A stretch of 64,000 bases of DNA from NCBI GenBank assembly GCA_964247055.1, contig OZ176050.1, forward strand, positions 8,060,001 through 8,124,000. The letters are read 5' to 3'. Under the pieces are notes generated by a model. It did no database searches, was not told the DNA's origin, and worked only from the letters and a program-made list of their open reading frames with translations. This DNA is from Paragordius varius (lineage: Eukaryota > Animalia > Nematomorpha). Every line of letters starts with the position of its first letter. Position 1 is the first letter of the stretch. Shown one piece after another: positions 26,350 through 37,987 of this stretch. The position numbers and the translations under genes are program-made.

Positions 26350-27000
26350 TGATGTTTTATAATAGATATCGTATTGACTGCCTTATCAAAACTTCAAGGT
26401 TATTTCTACTTACGAGATCGAGATGAGAATATACATGTGAAGTTGGTCACAATGATTGGTAAATACAACAAAACAAGACTTGAATTACCTATAACAAAAA
26501 ATTCCCATTTCATTAGATGTTTTCATAAAACTTACTTTTTTGTATAATAAATTTAAGTAATATTATGCAAAGAGATGCCATTTACATGGTTGGAAATCGA
26601 GGGATATCATTCGGCCTTCTATACTGCAAATTTAATACAATAGCGCTTTCCCATAATGTCTGATTACTAGAAATGAAACCAAATACGTGCTATGTCAGAG
26701 GTGTTTCTTTTTTAAACTGATCATCCACATATAAGGAGCAGGGGTAAAACATGAGTTTAAGATATTGCTTGTAAAAACTCAACGTCAGTAGAGGGGAATT
26801 TTAATCTTGACCCAATATTTTAAATAGATCATATTTTGATTGAAATCTGGTATAATACCGTCATCTTATGGCGTTTTGCTTTCCGCCTTTACTTTTCCAA
26901 CCTCTAATTCCGTCAAATTCCACGATTAAATCTCACTTAACTGTGAGTGTTAACCCATGCTCATTATGCGTGACTGATGATTTCACAATAAGGAACTATG
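26350..27000 (-). pseudogene. Possible heavily decayed non-LTR reverse-transcriptase fragment
   Basis: Stop-interrupted frame ELEVGKVKAESKTP*DDGIIPDF resembles the K.PG.DGI..EF motif; an FDKA-like word lies downstream. Confidence 0.3.
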
Positions 27001-27619
27001 AAAAGTGATAAAAGTGGTTCCTATTTAGTTTTAATTTTTAGGCAACCGAATGCAAACTTGGTTACTATTATATCCAATCTGCAATCGGTAGGGCAAACCC
27101 ATCTTGTCTCAATTATGCAAAAACTATAATATTTCTATTATATGATTTTACTTATTTTGATAAATTATATTATAAAATACCTACCTTTGCCTAAGAATTG
27201 TTGGAATATTAATAAATTGTTGCTTTTTATGTCAATAAAATTTATGGGGGGTTTATGATGAATATATTGGTTTAAAAATTATTGATGAGATAAATTTGTT
27301 CTTGTATGTGGTGGAAGAAAAAAGCGATAATATCACAAACAAAACTGGGTTTTAAAGCAGCACCGTTCTAAAAGATCCTATTTATATGTGTGCCTATAAT
27401 TATTGGCTGATATTGTTTTTGTTTAGTCTCTCTCTAAACACATTCCTAAACGTGTGCATACATTCTCCCACACCAATAACTATTGTATATGCGACACATA
27501 GCCTATTTAGTTCTTGCTTTCACAAAATTATTGATTTTATTATCAATAATATGTATGCATGTATACATATATAATAATAAAGGTAATTCTGGTCACGATT
27601 AAAACAAATTTAGCCATTC

Positions 27620-27622
<3 letters not shown>

Positions 27623-27667
<45 letters not shown>
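27623..27667. repeat. (TA)n microsatellite; others at ~43992-44025, ~45617-45646 and ~15678-15698
   Basis: Read directly from the sequence. Confidence 0.95.
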
Positions 27668-27668
<1 letters not shown>

Positions 27669-27928
27669 CATAAGCAATAAAAGGTAAAAAGAAACAACAT
27701 TGGCTTGTTGCGTAATTTGGGCCAAATATATCGATATTACCTGCTTGTAGTTAAAATATATGGAAATCTTAAAAAATTAAAATCTGTTAAATATATCTAC
27801 TATGCATATTAAAATCGTTACATATAGATATGATTAACAAAGTTGCTTCCTACGATTAATGTTGAATTCTAACAAAAAATGTTCGTCATATTGGGGCATA
27901 TTGTTAGAAAAATCTTAAATTCATTTAA

Positions 27929-28506
27929 CAATTGGATATAACACATTCATTTTAGTCCTTTGATTCAAATTGGGGTAGTTAAATACCCCAGGCCTGTTTA
28001 TAATTAAATTTTTTAAAAAATATGGAATTAATCGAAACCATGGCAAAATTTTGCACTTATATAACATTAATAAACCCAAATATATAAAAAAATTTATTCA
28101 AAAATACTTGATATTACTTATTTTAAGCTAAAACCGAAAGGTAAAAATTTAGTCAATTTGACATGCGTGCAATGGTAAAATTGAAAAACAATACAAAATA
28201 AACAGCTTTTTCTATTTCTATCAATGTTAGATGTAATTTAAATCAAAAATTAGCTTTGATTTTACCCTTAAAATCAAATAAAGACGATATTTTGCAAAAT
28301 TTTTGTAAAATAAAAATGGCGGCCAAGTAGTTTGACATGGAGCTTTTTTTTAAAACAAAATTTTATTTAGATATTTTGGCATATTTATATAATATTTATT
28401 AGGATAGAAGCATAAATTTAAATTGGGACCGTTTCCTTCAGTAGGTTTTTAAAAATCCCTACTCAAATTTAGTCTGGGGTATTTGGATGCCCCAATTTGC
28501 AAAGTG
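27929..28506 (-). mobile_element. piggyBac-like MITE, copy 3 (inverted, 578 bp)
   Basis: TTAA on both sides; reverse complement of copy 1 along its length. Confidence 0.75.
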
Positions 28507-30653
28507 TTAATTTGATATATTACTTTAAACCAGATTTAACCAGTATTTATCTTAACATTTTTAGTTCGATTTTTATAGTAAAATGCCATAAGTAACCCTT
28601 ATGAATGTTGGGTAATTTTAAACAAAACCATGTAACATATAATTTATAAATTAAAAAAAATCTAGATAACCTAGAAAGCGAATGATTTCGAATTTCGCCA
28701 AAAAGGATTACGATTGAATTAAAATGCAAGTGCTTATTTTCAAAAAAAATTACTTCACATAAAATTACAAGTTTAGCTTTTATAATGAACGAGGAATTAA
28801 ATTATTTTCATTATTCCACTTAATTAATTTTAGTTTAGATAATATACATTGTAGGCATTGCCGTTGCATATTAATTAATGTTAACTCATACATTGTTTAA
28901 ATATTTTATAGCTATTAAATTTTAATTATCTTCCAATTTTGGTACTAGTATTTGCAACTGCTTTATATAATATAGCCTTTTTTGCAAGATACGTAAAATT
29001 AAAACCTAAATTCTCAAAAATTTGTCATATTAATGAGGATTTTAATTTAATTATTTTATAAAAACAACAAATGTCACTTATGTGATAAATTTAAAATTGT
29101 ATAATGTTTTTGATAAAAGATATCTAATTGGAAGAAAGATAGTATTCAATTTAATATCATTTACCGGGATATAATTTTTAGATTAACCCATTAGTTAACT
29201 AGATTTTATCAAAATAATGATGAGATTATAAAATAATTTGGGTCTAACGCTTTATTATTGGATAAACACAAAAAACTCGATGTGTTAAACAGCTGATAAT
29301 GCCATTTTATTACCGGCTAAAATATCGAAAAGATTCATATATTTACATAAGTCAATTTCAAAATTTCAATAAAAAGTATTTTTGAGGTCCCGATTACCAT
29401 GTCAATAATTATGAATCAATATAAAAAAAATTAACCTTGCCCCCCAAAAAATGTAAAACAATAACAATTTAAAATAAATATATTTAATTGTGGCTCGATA
29501 TTTTTATTATAATTTTGAATATCTCGACAAATTCTCTTTTAAATTTTCGAATTTATCTTTTGAGCTATACAAATCTGCTAAAAACTTATTGCAAACCCTT
29601 ATTAAGTTTAAGCAATGTATAGAATCAGTTATGTATGCACTGTCATTTGATCGCTTATGTGGCGCCTCAAATATTTTTATGAATTTCTATACCATTAAAT
29701 TCTTTAAATTTAGACTTATACTGAGCATAAAATTGACCCAAAAAATGAAAATTGATTCACAAAAAATTCTTTCAGAATATAAAGATTCCGAGATTATCCA
29801 CCAAAGCTTATCCAAGTTCTCTGAAAAAGAAATGCAAACATAACAGTTATTAAAGGTCTTATTTTAACACATTAAATCCATTTTTTGGTTATTTCCTAAC
29901 AAAATATTTTCCTTTGCACGAGACAATAATTTTTTTGTGAAATGCAAAAGCCAAGCTTAGCTCCAAGGACGTTGCTAGAGAGAGACTGTGGAAAAAGGTC
30001 ATTCACTTGGTGGCTAGCCTCTGTGTTTGGGATGAAATGTGTTGTGGATATTAATGAAAAAAATTAATGATGTCTAGCTTTTTAGATACAGCTTTACGTG
30101 TATAATAATCCATATACGATGAAATTTATAGGCCTGTTGTGCTTAACTGCGCTCTTTGAATGCAAAAGATTGTATGTCCATTTAGTAAATTAAGCGCAAT
30201 TTAATCAATATATAATCAATAAATTATAATAGTGAATCGATAAAACAAAGGAAAATAAATCTAAGATGCCAAAAAAATTTGAAATTGTAATGTAAGAAAT
30301 TGATAGGGAAATTATAACATAATCGGCTCAATAAGCTATTTCAAATTTAGTTTTTATAAATTAAGCACGGAGAGCCGATTTCAAATAAATATATATACAT
30401 CAAATAAAACGATGTTTAATGTCAATGAATTACGAACAGCCTTATTTAAAAAACGCTTTGCCCTTTGATCAAAACAAAGTAAACCGTTGTTATGATATCA
30501 TTTTAAATATAGTAAGTATTTTTTTAAGTTTTGCGGATAAATTGTATTACAGCTTAGAAAGTTAAACCTTTACCATAAATTTAAGATCCAATTTTTCTTA
30601 AAAATTATTAAATAAATATTTTCAAAGTTTCTCAATATATTTTTAGAAATAAC

Positions 30654-33600
30654 CTCTTGGTACTGTACATTCTGATGTTCAAACAAAGCTTGCTTATCAG
30701 CGATATTTGCCTTTTGCAATTTAATCATTTTGGTTGGTGAAACTTTTCCACTGTTTACCAGCTTAGGGTTATGAAAGTAATGATATAGGCATGATACATA
30801 GGTAATGATGGACCTTTCGTCCGGTTCAAAATCCATCACATCTAATACCAAAATATATTGAAAATTCAAAATTCAAATTTTTTTACTGTAATAAGGGCTA
30901 ACAGTTATTTATTTAAAAATTAAACAATTAGAACAATTATCACAGGCATAAGTCTTTCTATCAATTTTTAATTATGAATAGGAGTTAATATTTTTTATTT
31001 GTAATTGTTGTAAAATGTTAGATATTTTCCTGTTTACTTAAATTTGTTCATAATTATTACGAGTTCATACCGCCAGAACCTGTTAGATCAGTAATCGGTT
31101 TTCATACAAAACATCTTTACAATAATTATTTTGGAACCAATATCAATAAAATTGAAGTATTAAAAAGTTAAACTAAAAATACGAGTTTCTTTTGGTGCTA
31201 AAGTTAAGCAAAAATGGAATGGTATTATGATATATTTTAGACTTCTGATTTTGAAATTCTAAAAATGTGCAAACGTTATTAGTTACAGCTGAAATTTATA
31301 AATCGGAAAAAACACAAAGTTACCTTCAGGATCTAGTAGCTTATTAATTCCCAAATAAATATCAGCTATTTCAAATGCATCTTTGAGGTTACGCCAAGCA
31401 TCATCAGCTTGATACGATTCATAATCAACCAAATCAGGCCTATTTTTAACATAATAAAGTGAATATACATAGATAGCTTAAATGAGATTTTGTGTCGATA
31501 CTATTTTTTAGTTGTTTGATTTAATAGTGTAGTAAAGCCCTTTCGTCAAGTTGCCCCGATTGTGGGAAATAATACATGGCATAATATCCGAATCCTGACC
31601 CTTTTTTGAGATAAATTGATAATTACGCTATGAATATATTTTTAATTAAATTATATTCTAATAAGGTAAATTAAAGAATGATACCATTTTTGTATTAAAA
31701 TTGTTAAATTTCATTATGTAACATTATAAATGAAAACTATGAGAATTGACTGGAACTGTATTAAAAATTAACCGAAATAAATTTATTTTTAAATGAGCTA
31801 ATAGGTTATTAGGCACTCTAAGTCTCAAAAAGTTCATTATCAAGGAGATACTTATATCGGGTACCCTGTTCATATAAAGTTATGTATTTAATCGCATTTG
31901 TCTCTCTAAAAAATTATCTTAATAAACTATTTTAATATTTAAGCTTGAAATAACAAGAATTACGGTATTAATACAACATTTAGTGCACACATGAAAAATA
32001 TATTACCGCTATAAATTCAATTACTGTCATTTATAAAACATTTACCGCACTATGAATATTTTACGAAATTTACCTGTATGAATGTATCAGCGCTAAAAAT
32101 CCCAATCCATTTCTCCAGCTGTAGGAAAAGTTCGTTATATCAACTCCTTTGTATCTGAACGTGAAAATTTTTTAATGTTTAATTAAGATAATATCAAAGC
32201 CAACATCGAAAACAAATTTAGTAAAGTTATGCTGATTTTGGGGAGGTAGGCTCAAAAACTAATTCAAGTTAGCTGTTCAAAAATTTAAAATTTTTTAAAA
32301 TAAATAAAATAATATTAGTTAAATATATATATATATATATAGTTAGCATTCATGATTATCTATAAAATAGAGTTAAAAAATTTGCTAATTATATCATAGG
32401 GTGATAATAATTATCTAATGGTTAGAATTTTCAATTCCCTAATATTTTGAAATAATATTGTTGGGATAAAAAACTATTTTTCAAAAATATTTAAAACATA
32501 AAAATAAATAGTATACTGATATATATTCAAGTTATAAGATAATATTTACTCCATTTGGTATCGAATAATAGACATTTGTGTTAATTTTATAAAATTAAGT
32601 TGTATAATTCCTAGACTATTATTCTGAAAAGCAATGGAATATTTAAATTCTATCATCATTAAAAACCATACTAATTATTTATTCTATCATTATCTTTAAA
32701 TGTACCTTTTTTGGCTAATTTCATTGATTAACAAATAATTTATTACGAAAAATATTTTTAGATGAATGCTAAAAATTAGTTTCAGGCTATAATTCCTGAA
32801 ACTTCTCTCTCCCTTATTTAGCCAGTGGTTTTCTGTACCCAAAATTGCCAAAAAACTATAAATTATATTAAACCCACAATGATTAAGATGTATTACTTGT
32901 GTGCTTTCAGCCCGCAACCGTTCTGACTTTACTGATTAATATTAATATTCAAATTCAATTCTTCAATTATCTTTTTAATTAAATATATGACAAAAAATAA
33001 AATCCAAATACTAATTACCCAAATGTTTGACGTTGACACCAAATTAATAAGGCATTTTTGGAGAATGCTTTAGCTTCTTGTAACGAATTTTTATCTTTTT
33101 GAAAACCTGACATACTATATCTACGGGATTCTTCCTGAGTCTAATAATATAATACATAATATAAATATAAAAATATATTGATGGACAATCGAATGACATA
33201 TCTTAAATCTATTTTAGCATTATTTCACAATATCTACAATAAATTTTTTAAGGCCCCTATAAAGGAAGTCAGTATAATTAGGGATCCACAAATATCATTT
33301 CAATTTGGCAGCGACGTGTGACAGGGCACAGCTAACATATTTATTAATAATACATATTGAAAATTTGATTAGCATCTTTAACTGATTATTATTTATAAAA
33401 GCGGTGAATTTGTAATAATTGGAAATGTACTATCCAATTTAGGCAATTAAAAAAATATATAATAAAGTACTAAAGTGATTGAAATGTGTTCGATCTGATA
33501 TCGCAAAATTATTGTCCATATAAGTCCCAATATTAAACGGCCATTTCCATCCACGATGTCTTCTGATCCAATGTTTTCCAAATGTACCTAAAAAAAATGT

Positions 33601-35111
33601 TTCCATATTTAACAAAAATAAAAGATATTTTATGAATATACAATTTAATTATTTAATTAATCACTAAATTTTATCCATATAAATATTTATATTATCTTAA
33701 GATAAACTTAAAAATCTACAATCAACTAATTATACATAATCAATTCAATGTTAAATAACTTTGGTATTGATCCCTTTTTAACGTCGTTTCACAAAACAAC
33801 TATGATTATTTTATTTTTATGGCCAACAAAGCCTTTTGCTACTTCCCCATGGTGGCTGGGTTACTTTGGTGAACTAACACCAGAGGCATATTTATATTCT
33901 GCAATACAATATACTTTGCAAGGAGATTTTTTTACAATGGCACTCAAAAGTAAAAACCTTGCCCCAACCTTTTAACCATGTATGCGGAAAATCATGGTAA
34001 AACTTTACTTTTAAAGTTAAAGTAACTATGAATCAATTATTTTTAAGATTAATGATTAAATTAACCCATTTTTCGGTTTTTTAAGCTTTATACAGCACTT
34101 TACAGTTAGAAATATGGCTTATGTGGGATGTATTTTCGTTACTTACGAAAAAAATGTTTAACGCTAAGCTTTTAATGATTTTTGGCATGGCTATGACAGT
34201 TTATGAAACCGTTTTTGTTTAACGATTCCAAAAAAAAGATGATAATTTCCGGTTCCAAAAACGGATTTGGTTTTAATCTTTGCTTTTAATCCTAATTTTG
34301 CTAATTGATAATATAATAAAAGGATTAAAAGCGGATGATTCTTTTATAATTTAATTATATTTACTATGGCCGAATTTATTATTTCACACATTCATCTAAT
34401 AACTCCTACCATCGTTTATAAAATCTACATATAATATTAATGGTATAATTGTATTTATCAAATTTTGTAAAATAAATCTAAGGTCAAAAAAGGTGTACCT
34501 TGTTACTCAAAAATGCTAGACATACATTGACATTTTCGATTTTTTGTACCCGTAATTTTCCAGAATTCGGCTTCCCTAATTCTTCTTCCGACAAGATTTC
34601 AAGCAAATTCCAAAGTAAAATACCATTTTCAAGGTCATGATACAAATCATTTATAGTTAAATCTCTCTATCCGTATTTACAACAAAAAAAACTATAATTA
34701 TATTACTATTTATATATAAAAATTGGTTTCAATTATTAATATCATCATTGTTTTTTTTAATAAAACACCTGTACAATTATTTAAACCAAACATCAAATTA
34801 ACTCGATGGTTTTACAAAAGATGTATTCATTCTTGGTGATTTTTTTCGATTTAAATTAAAAAAATAAGTATCAACAACTTATCGTAATTTAATTTTAATT
34901 ACATATAAAATATAAAATACTTTGCGAAGTTGACTGTTACACCATTTGGTAAATGTTTTTTTCTGTGTATTAGCCATAGCCAACTGCAGATGTTTGAACC
35001 TTTCATCCTGTTCATCTGGTGTTTTTGGGCGTTGTGATAAAAAATCTTTTTTAACGAAATCATCTTCATCAACTAGATTTTCTGTATTTCCAATGCTTTC
35101 CAATTTTGATT
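30654..35111 (-). CDS. Beta/beta-heavy spectrin-like tandem calponin-homology (CH1-CH2) actin-binding domain; first and last exons uncertain
   Basis: Exons 35111-34921, 34666-34499, 33587-33471, 33140-33019, 32154-32074, 31439-31324, 30841-30654, all GT-AG and in phase. Motifs [26 protein letters not shown] (beta-H-like), [61 protein letters not shown]. No spectrin-repeat exons found downstream. Confidence 0.88.
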
Positions 35112-36167
35112 CTATTTTCGTGGCAATAATTATAATAGAAAACAAAATTTAAATGGTTTAAAATTTCTAGTTAATTGATTATATACAAATCATTACAATA
35201 GCTAATATTTAAAGTTTTACAAGATGCTGTTGAAATTTTAGGAAAGATACTGTTTAATTTATCTATAAGCAATAAATTTCTTTATCGAGCAATCTCGGAT
35301 TTTACTTTTTTAATAATGTTAGCCTATTTTAGAGAGGTTGGTCAGAAAATTTGAGTTTGGAGATCTCATCTAAAAATCAAAATTCAATATAAATTTTAGA
35401 TTATGTACCATTATAATGATATTTTTGGAATGAAGTATATATCTTTCGCTAAAATATTATTTAACATAATATGGCTAGGTTTGCGACTTTTTGAATCGGA
35501 GTACCAGAAAAATGAAAATGACTTTTTTATATCACGTAAAGCCTAACCCCATAAATATCCTGACACATACCGGAATATAGATTTTTTTGAGGAGTGTTTG
35601 TGTGCACTGTTTATGATTAATAGATTGTAAGTAAACCACTTATATCAAATTAAGAAATCGTAACTTATCAGGGATAGTTAAAGCTCAAGGCTGGGACAGA
35701 AATACTATAAATGTCCAATGAACTTGAATTAAAAATGAGAACATTGAACACATGGGTAGTTTTTCCTTAGGAATCAGATTATTAATATGAAGAAAATCAA
35801 TAATTTTGTTGTTTAGCCTAAAAACACTGTGTGTATTTTTTTCGGATTTTGGTTGTTGCTTTATGAATAAAAGGTAAAGATGCTATCATAGGGTAAGTTC
35901 AACGATTCTTTTTATATTTAGCTTCTTTAAAAGATTCGGTGAGAATAACTATTCCTAGATATAGTTTTGTTTATTTCAGGTTTTCTGTGGATCGAATCAC
36001 AAATTGTATTGGCACAATAAATCAATCAGAGCGATTTTTAAGCTGATTGGTGATGGGAATCTACAATCAGTAAGCTTTGTGTGGGTAGATTTATGATAAA
36101 TTTTGTGTCAAAAAGCGTTGTTTGGTCCGTTACTAAAATATACGTCAAAGTTTAAAAAATATTATAT

Positions 36168-36389
36168 CAGGGGTTGGAACCCGAGCCCAAATTTGGGAAA
36201 GGTTCCAAAACGGGTTTTAAAATTTTAACTGGTTTCAGTTCTTCAAATTTATTTCGGTTCCAGAACCGATTTTTAAAAATTGGAAGATGTTCCAAAACGG
36301 TTCAAAATGTTCCGGTTCTCATCGTAGAACAACTGTTCCAATCAGATAACCGCAAACAACGGTTCTTGCAGTTCTGGTTCCAAGCCCTG
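36168..36389. mobile_element. MITE with CAGGG ends and internal GAACC/GGTTC repeats; a related ~70-bp relic lies at 7272-7342
   Basis: TIRs CAGGGGTTGGAACC / GGTTCCAAGCCCTG (13 of 14 match); TSD not clear in the AT-repeat flanks. Confidence 0.6.
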
Positions 36390-37100
36390 ATATATTATGT
36401 TCTGAGATTTTATGTAATTATCTAAATTGTTGATAAAAATTGCATAATCGTGGAAAGAATCTAACTCATGTAGCCTTATTGCGAATATATCATCTACGTA
36501 TCTGTACCATACTATAAGCTGAAGCGTGGTTGAATTTTCGTTGCTCGAGATCTTACCATGTCGGTTAGAATCGGTGAAAGGCTAGAACCCATAGGGGTTG
36601 CGCTGTTTGTAATAATTTTTGTTATGCAATAATGTTAAAAGACATATTCTTACTATTTTATCTGGATGTAGTCCTTTTTTCGTTGATTATCAACATTCGA
36701 TCACTTTTGATCTCGAAATTTTGATGAATAGAGATTCAACATCGAAACTTACAAGAGTATTGCTCTAATTTATTTTTTTCTTAACTATTTTGTATGTGGT
36801 GGTTTGTTTGATGTATAAATATTAGACGTTTAAGAAGTTGTTAAAACAAAATATTTGTGGTTGTATTTATATTGTTACATCGGTTAATGGCATCTTTATG
36901 AAGCTTGGGGCACCCTATAATTCGAGGACGTACGGTGAATTTCGCAATACATTATTTCTAACATTGTGCGAGAGGTTGGTCGTTTTACATATTTTTGACA
37001 AATTTAATGATATAGGTGTTGGATTTTTTTGATTGCTGTTTACTCTGTATTATATATGAAATCTTCCATTTTTAAATGTAAAAATTTTTATTTAAAGTAT

Positions 37101-37380
37101 AAATTGAAATTATATAGACAAAACGTAAAAATATAAAGACAAATATTTTTTTCTAAAAGACAACCATACTTTTCGAATCTTAATTTCAATGATAACTCAT
37201 TGTTTTAAATTAAAAAAGTAGGAAATAAAGATGGAAATTAAATTAAAGGCAATTTATGTATTATACGATTGTAATTAAAATATTTTAATAGAATAAATTA
37301 AGGTTTGAAGAAGTATAACTGTTTTTTAGAAAAAAAAATTGTCTTTATATTTTTAAGTTTTGTCCGTATAATTTCAATTT
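37101..37380. repeat. Fold-back element with ~85-bp inverted arms
   Basis: AAATTGAAATTATATAGACAAAACGTAAAAATATAAAGAC... pairs with ...GTCTTTATATTTTTAAGTTTTGTCCGTATAATTTCAATTT. Confidence 0.7.
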
Positions 37381-37987
37381 TTACTGTAATACCAAAAAGC
37401 ATTACTTTATCAGCAAGTTAATCATTATATTTGGGTTGTTGATTGCCCTTTTGAAGGCATCTCAGATCATGTAAAGTTTGGAAGTTAAACTTTGGCTTTT
37501 TAAAATGCTTCATGTTTCCAACCGTTCAACCACGCTTCAGATTAGTAGACAAACAGGTTCACAGACGATATATTTGTAATATGGCCATGTGGGATAGATT
37601 TCCTCCAAGATTATTTAAGTTATGTCAGAAATTTTGATAATAGCATAAAATTCTTAATGAAATATATATAATACTTTAAACTTCCTTGAGAAACAGTTAG
37701 GTAAAGGACTAAACTTCGGCCCAAAATTTATCGTAAACCACACATATTAATATCTAAATGTAGATTTCCATTACCATCCAGCACAAAAGTGTTCTATAAC
37801 ACGGTGCACTTCAAATAAATGTTTATGATTCATATATCATTTGTAAAATTATTATGAATATCGAAATGCTAAATGCGGTATACAAGAAAAAATATTCTAA
37901 TTTTTCTGCTATTAGTCAATAAAATCGCACATTTATCCCACATATGGTCAACTAAAATTAGATACAATAGGGGAAGTCAGGTATACC

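Noticed and set aside
29490-29843. 117-aa plus-strand ORF
   Set aside because: Non-ATG start, F/K/I/L-biased composition typical of AT-rich noncoding DNA, and no motif.
29890-30005. TGA readthrough after RLATK into MTFFHSLSLATSLE...
   Set aside because: No readthrough-type context, spacing does not fit spectrin repeat 1, and the frame closes after ~37 codons.
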